Shown here piece by piece: positions 33,232-38,390 of a stretch of 38,390 nucleotides of DNA. Numbering within the stretch: the stretch's first letter is position 1; the number at the start of each line of letters is the position of its first letter. The notes beneath the pieces were generated by a model. That model had not been told where the DNA came from. It saw only the letters and a list, made by a program, of their open reading frames with translations, and made no database searches. This DNA comes from Octopus bimaculoides (Eukaryota): assembly GCF_001194135.2 (NCBI RefSeq), contig NC_068996.1, positions 38,672,566 through 38,710,955 of the forward strand. The letters run 5' to 3'. The position numbers and the translations under genes were made by a program.

Positions 33232-33582
33232 CAGGCGTGGCTGTGTGGTAAAACACTTGCTTTCCAACCACATCGTTCCAAGTTCAGTCCCACTGCGTAG
33301 TACTTTGGGCAAGTGTCTCCAACTATAGTTTCGAGCCAACCAAAGCCGTCTGAGTGAATTTGGTAGACGGAAATTGAAAGAAGCCTGTCGTATATATGTG
33401 TGTGTGTGTGTGTCTTGGTATCTGTGTATGAACTGCCACCATCACTTGACAACCGATGTCGGAATGTTTACGTCCCAGTAACATAGCGGTTCGGCAAAGA
33501 CACCGATAAAATAAGTACTAGGCTTACAAAGAATAAGTCCGGAGTCGATTTCTTAGACTAGAAAACCCTTCAAGGCGGTGTT
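33232..33582 (+). mobile_element. SINE family A
   Basis: Aligns to 12119-12507; 3' tip truncated. Confidence 0.88.
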
Positions 33583-33689
33583 ACAGAATACACACACACA
33601 CACCGGATACTCTCTCTCTCTCTCTCTCTCTCTCTTACGCGCACATACACAATCACACACACACATAGAGAAACATATTCTTGAACTAA

Positions 33690-34522
33690 GCTAGTTATCC
33701 ATTCAGTCTTTCGTATAAAAATTGCATCTGAACCCGGTCTCAATAGGTCAGACAAAAAAAATTAATAACTCGTACTTCCTTGAAACACTATAAAGAAAAA
33801 TTAAAAAATGAATGAAAAATTTTACTAGCAGTAATAATAAAAAAAAATTAGTTTAAACGTATCTTAGAAACGGTGCACATGATTTGTGTTTATATGCAAA
33901 TTACATTCTTTCGAGTTTATTGTCTGTAAGTATTTGTTGCAATGGTGGTGGTGTGATGGCTCAGTCTATTCTCTCAAGTCTGCTACAAATTTCTTTGTTT
34001 CTCCGAGCCCTCACTTCTCCCTTTTTCTCCCCTTCTTCTCTCTGGGCTTCTATTTAACAGTTAGACCTTTACTTCGTCTCTCTCTATGTATATCTAATTA
34101 TATATTAGTCTTCTTTATAATTTTTTTTTCGTCCTGTTACGAAGTCTTTTCCTAGAGGTATTGCATGGCTCGTTCGTTCTGAGTTTAATCTTAGCTTCTC
34201 TTCTCTTTCTTCTCTCTACCTCCCCATTACCTGTGTTACCCTCTATCTTCCTATATCCGTCGCTCTCTCTCACTCAAATAGTCTTCCTGCTTCGTCTTCT
34301 TTCTTCAATTCTTTTTCCCCCCGCCTTCCTTCCTTCCTGCGACTGCCACCCCTTTTATCTTTGTGTCTCAAAACTTGGCCGGATCCACGCGCGTGTACAC
34401 ATACACACCACAGCAAAACGTACACGCTTGTATTTATTCACTAAAGTATTTCACACCAACAAAGATATGTCTATTGCATCTTTTTGCCATTATTATTGTA
34501 AACCAGGTGAGTTGTTTCAGTG

Positions 34523-34558
<36 letters not shown>

Positions 34559-35190
34559 TTCATTGTACCCTCCTCCTTGTATATGTGCATATATATATAT
34601 ATATATAAATGTTTATATGTATTGGTATGGATATATTCTGCTGTAGAAGACATGTATATATAATATATGTATATATACACACACTTTATTATTAAAGCTA
34701 GACATACACACACTTATCTCTTTGTAAATTAGTGTGTCAGTGTTATGTCTACAATGTAGAGTTTTATTAACGATGCTGACCTGTATAGATAGATGGATGT
34801 GAATTCACACCCGCTCATATATTGTAATATTTAGTGAAATTATGTTCGTGTTGTTTTAAGAACATAATTGTTATTACCAAAAATGTATTACTAAATATTT
34901 TATCTTCGTGTTCAAATTTTGTTTATCTTAATTTTAACTATTCAGATAAAAATGCTATTACTCAGGCTTTTTTTTTTACTTCCCTATTATCAAAGAAAAG
35001 AGTAATTATTATTATTAGTGCCTTGCCACCAAAGGTTATTAACATTATATTATTATTATAGTATTTTTCCTAAGATAAAGGTGGGTGTGTATTAACTTGC
35101 TATATATGCTTCTATCGAGAATCGTTCTATCATCAGTAAGTTTTAGTTAATAATGTAGATAGATACCTACGTTATGTATTTGCATGTATG
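33690..35190. promoter_or_regulatory. Unique CpG-retaining region, candidate promoter or first exon of an unseen gene
   Basis: About 24 CpG in 33661-34440 (hand count), no recognised repeat, octamer ATGCAAAT at 33894-33901, consensus donor CAG|GTGAGT at 34507. Confidence 0.3.
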
Positions 35191-35482
35191 AGTGTGTATG
35201 CGCGTGTCCGTTCGTGTGGACATGCTTGTATGTGTGTATATATATATATATGAACATATATATACATACCCACATGCGTATGCATATATGTGTGTGTATA
35301 TATGTACGTGTATATACGCGTACGAAACATATGTATATTTATTATTTAAACGTATGTATATAAGTGTAGGCGAAGGTAAAGGATATGCATACCCAGTATT
35401 TAGGGTTAGGGTTACGCCGAAAACGGGTAGTGTGCGTATTCTTTACCTCCGCCTAAGTATATATTATTTTAAAACGTATATA

Positions 35483-35542
<60 letters not shown>

Positions 35543-35885
35543 GCGTGTGCGCGTGTATATATATATATATGTATGTATATGTGTATATATATGTGTATAT
35601 GTATATATGTGTGTGTGTATATGTATATATGTGTATATTGGTGTATATGTATTTATATATATAATGTGTGTGTGTGTGTATATGTATTTATATGTATATA
35701 TGTGTGTACATGTATTTATAAATATATATATGTGTACACGTATTTATATATATATATGTATATATGTGTATACGTATTTATATATATATATATATGTGTA
35801 TACGTATTTATATATATATATGTGTGTATACGTATTTTTATATCTATATATACATACATAAATACACACACACACACACACATCA
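35190..35885. repeat. Compound TA/TG/CA low-complexity tract (contains MITE copy 2)
   Basis: Direct inspection; includes about 26-28 bp units GTGTATACGTATTT(AT)n near 35735-35840. Confidence 0.9.
35369..35453. mobile_element. Merlin-like MITE with internal telomeric hexamers, copy 2 (opposite orientation)
   Basis: TIRs GGCGAAGGTAAAGGATA / TATTCTTTACCTCCGCC; 8-bp TSD TAAGTGTA / TAAGTATA; internal TTAGGGTTAGGGTTA. Its reverse complement aligns to copy 1 along most of the length. Confidence 0.75.
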
Positions 35886-35894
35886 TATGAATGA

Positions 35895-36620
35895 AGTATT
35901 AACCAACCTGGATGGCAGCCTGCACATACTTCTAGGGGACTTCAACCTCCCTAATATCGAATGGTCTGAGGGCCACCTTCTCTCGCAGGCCCTGATGGAT
36001 TCCCAGCAATCCTCCTAAAGAAATGCAATAGGTTCCAGCAAGCCCGATCCTCTTCCAGAGTTTCCTCAATGGGGAGACTTTCCAAAAAGTTCAAGGAAGA
36101 TATATGCCCTATTCATAAGGGAGGTTACCTGTCAGCAAAATCATAGAGCACATTGTCAGGAGGAAACTGATTGTGTTCCTTGAAAATAATGACTTGCTCC
36201 CTGACAACCAGCATGGCTTCTGCTCAGGAAGAAGCTGCCTTACACAGCTTTTGCAGCATTATAACTGGCTATTGAAACAATTAATGAATTGCTGGAACAA
36301 TTTTGCAAAAGTCTTTGATAAGGTTGATCATGGGATGCTATGTCATAAACTATGGAGACTCTGCCTAGTCAGAAAACTGGGAGAGTGGTTGCATAATTTC
36401 TTATAAGACAGAGGCCAAGCTGTGGCAACCAGTGGAACCCTCTCCAAGGATACAATAATAGTGGAGTGCCTCAGAGAACTGTTGGCACTGCTGCTGTTCA
36501 TGGTGGCTCTTTCAGACATACCATCAGTTATACAGACAACCACACATACTAGCTATGCCAATGACACAAAAGTAATACAGGAAGTCAAGGAACCTTCTGA
36601 TGCTAATCTTCTAAACTGCC
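35895..36620 (+). mobile_element. CR1-like LINE remnant with endonuclease and RT motifs
   Basis: ILLGDFNLPNIEW (APE endonuclease); LLPDNQHGFCSGRSCLTQLL, FAKVFDKVDHG and SYANDTKV (RT, YADD decayed). Confidence 0.85.
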
Positions 36621-37119
36621 TGGCAAAGAGAACAGGATGCCCCTCAACTTCAGAAGATACGATTGAACAGCCCCCAGAAATCAGTCAGAATAGCCAGTTG
36701 AGAACTTCAGCTCCTATCACCAACTTTTTAGCTTGTCTTAAGGAGATGGCTGCAGTTCACATCATACAAGCTGCAATTGGTTCAACGGTTGAAGGACACT
36801 GATAAATCTACTTGCCATGAATTTTATACAGGGGTGTTCTGTTTTCTTTGCTGGGCACAAATCCCTCCCACCACCTCTTTAAATTTTGCATGCCAATTCA
36901 AAATGGTATGTCTGGCTGGTATGTCCATGATTCAGTTTCAGCATATTCGAGGACACAAAATGACTTCCATTGATTTGTGAATGACATTGCTAGATCTGAA
37001 AAGAGACAAAAAGCAAAATCAGATTAAATTTAAATAAATTGAAAAAAAAATTAATAGAAGAAAACTTGACACTTTTAGCTTTTAAATAGCACCAGTAAAA
37101 TTATGCTACGCTTTGTAGC

Positions 37120-37716
37120 TCATGATGTGACAAACCTTTGAAACACCCTGTAAATACCTGTGTGTGTTACACTCCCTAACAGTTGAGGGAACCCGTGGAA
37201 GAGGTAGGCCCAGGGAGACCTGGGGTGAGGCAAGACCTTCGAACATTGGGCCTCACCGAGGCGATGACTTCTGACCGAGACCTTTGGAAATGTGCTGTGC
37301 GTGAGAAGACCCAGCAAGCCAAGTGAGATCGTTGCCAGTGCCCCTGGACTGGCTCTTGTGCGGGTGGCACATAAGATGTACCATCCTGAGCGTGACCGTT
37401 GCCAGTACCGCCTGACTGGCCTTATAGGGTTTTCGAGCGAGATCGTTGCCAGTACCCCTGGACTGGCTCTTGTGCGGGTGGCACATAAAATACACCATTT
37501 CGAGCGTGGCCGTTTTCGTGCGGGTGACACGTAAAAGCACCCACTACACTCTCTGAGTGGTTGGCGTTAGGAAGGGCATCCAGCTGTAGAAACTCTGCCA
37601 AATTAGACTGGAGCCTGGTGTAGCCATCCGGTTGCACCAGTCCTCAGTCAAATCGTCCAACCCATGCTAGCATGGAAAGCGGACGTTAAACGATGATGAT
37701 GATGATGATGATGATG
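37120..37716 (+). mobile_element. RTE 3' end (family B), long copy with internal tandem duplication and (GAT)n tail
   Basis: Tail near-identical to 12979-13194; 114-bp-period duplication starting at 37325 and 37439. Confidence 0.9.
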
Positions 37717-37872
37717 ATATATATGTGTACATATATAGCTGTGTATATATGTGTACAAATATACCTGTATATACTTGTGTGTGTGTGTGTGTATATACCT
37801 GTATATATATATATGTACCTGTGTATATATGTATATATATATATGCATATATATATGTATATATATATATAC

Positions 37873-37904
<32 letters not shown>

Positions 37905-37960
37905 CTACCTGTGTATATACATATGTATGTATATGCACCTGTGTATATACATATGTATAT
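37717..37960. repeat. Degenerate ACCTGTGTAT/(AT)n minisatellite, left block
   Basis: Repeated acctgt(g)tatat units separated by (AT)n. Confidence 0.85.
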
Positions 37961-38054
37961 AAGTTCAAAAAAGGAAAAAGACAAAAAACAATAAAAAACG
38001 TGAGGACGTGAGACAGATAGTGTTACTAGACGCTGGGGAAAGGAAAGAGAGAGA

Positions 38055-38089
38055 GTATGATGTTTCGAGCGGAGCTCTTCCTCGGAAAC
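38055..38089 (-). ncRNA. Minimal hammerhead-like motif HHR-3 in a Penelope-like terminal repeat (host about 37958-38145)
   Basis: Minus strand: GUUU-CCGAGGA-A-GAGC-(UCC)-GCUC-GAAAC-AUC-AUAC. One core change (U4C), 4-bp stem II, AUC triplet, stem I 3/4 paired. Confidence 0.6.
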
Positions 38090-38170
38090 AAGGAAAGTTC
38101 AAAGAAGGGAAAAACGGAGGAAGAAAAAATCAGCACATGTAACTGTGTATATACATATATATATATATAT

Positions 38171-38390
38171 ATATATGTACCTGTGTATGTATATATGTAC
38201 CTGTGTATGTATATATGTACCTGTGTATGTATATATGTACCTGTGTATGTATATATGTACCTGTGTATGTATATATGTACCTGTGTATTTATATATGTAC
38301 CTGTGTATGTATATATGTACCTGTGTATATACATATGTATATATGTACCTGTGTATATACATATGTATATATGTACCTGTGTATATACAT
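38171..38390. repeat. 20-bp minisatellite (ATATATGTACCTGTGTATGT)n changing to a 28-bp unit
   Basis: About seven near-perfect 20-mers from 38171, then units containing ACCTGTGTATATACATATGTAT up to the window end. Confidence 0.95.

Noticed and set aside
34161-34646. 161-aa hydrophobic ORF resembling a signal-peptide or membrane protein
   Set aside because: Leu/Ser/Phe/Pro bias follows from the pyrimidine-rich strand and it ends in a microsatellite; no recognisable domain.
12119-37716. CRISPR-like or regularly spaced repeat arrays
   Set aside because: The recurring sequences are dispersed SINE/LINE copies in a eukaryotic genome, with no repeat-spacer periodicity.
29564-38362. Many YI/CV/HT-repeat ORFs, including 35192-35890 (232 aa)
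   Set aside because: Translations of TA/TG/CA microsatellites, which lack stop codons by composition.

Overview
Eukaryotic, AT-rich, repeat-dense window with three N gaps. The SINE/RTE/CR1 repeat set and abundant microsatellites point to an octopus (coleoid cephalopod) genome; this is inferred from repeat style, not proven. One intact protein-coding gene is present: the CAF1/POP2-family DEDDh deadenylase CNOT7/8 of the CCR4-NOT complex (+ strand, six coding exons, 830-8525, 303 aa, all GT-AG introns, catalytic residues intact). From about 10 kb onward the window is nested mobile DNA: tRNA-derived SINEs, RTE and CR1 LINE fragments, a solo LTR with a 4-bp TSD, and piggyBac-, hAT- and Merlin-like MITEs. 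The most interesting observations are: (i) three separate minimal hammerhead-ribozyme-like motifs in Penelope-like terminal repeats; (ii) a GG-terminated MITE with 8-bp TSDs and internal telomeric hexamers, present twice; (iii) a 42-nt poly(U) tract just after the stop codon of the deadenylase mRNA and a strong-context uORF overlapping its start; (iv) a fold-back triple repeat downstream of the gene; (v) a sharp CpG-density step inside the gene. All coordinates, counts and alignments were made by eye and repeat boundaries are approximate.
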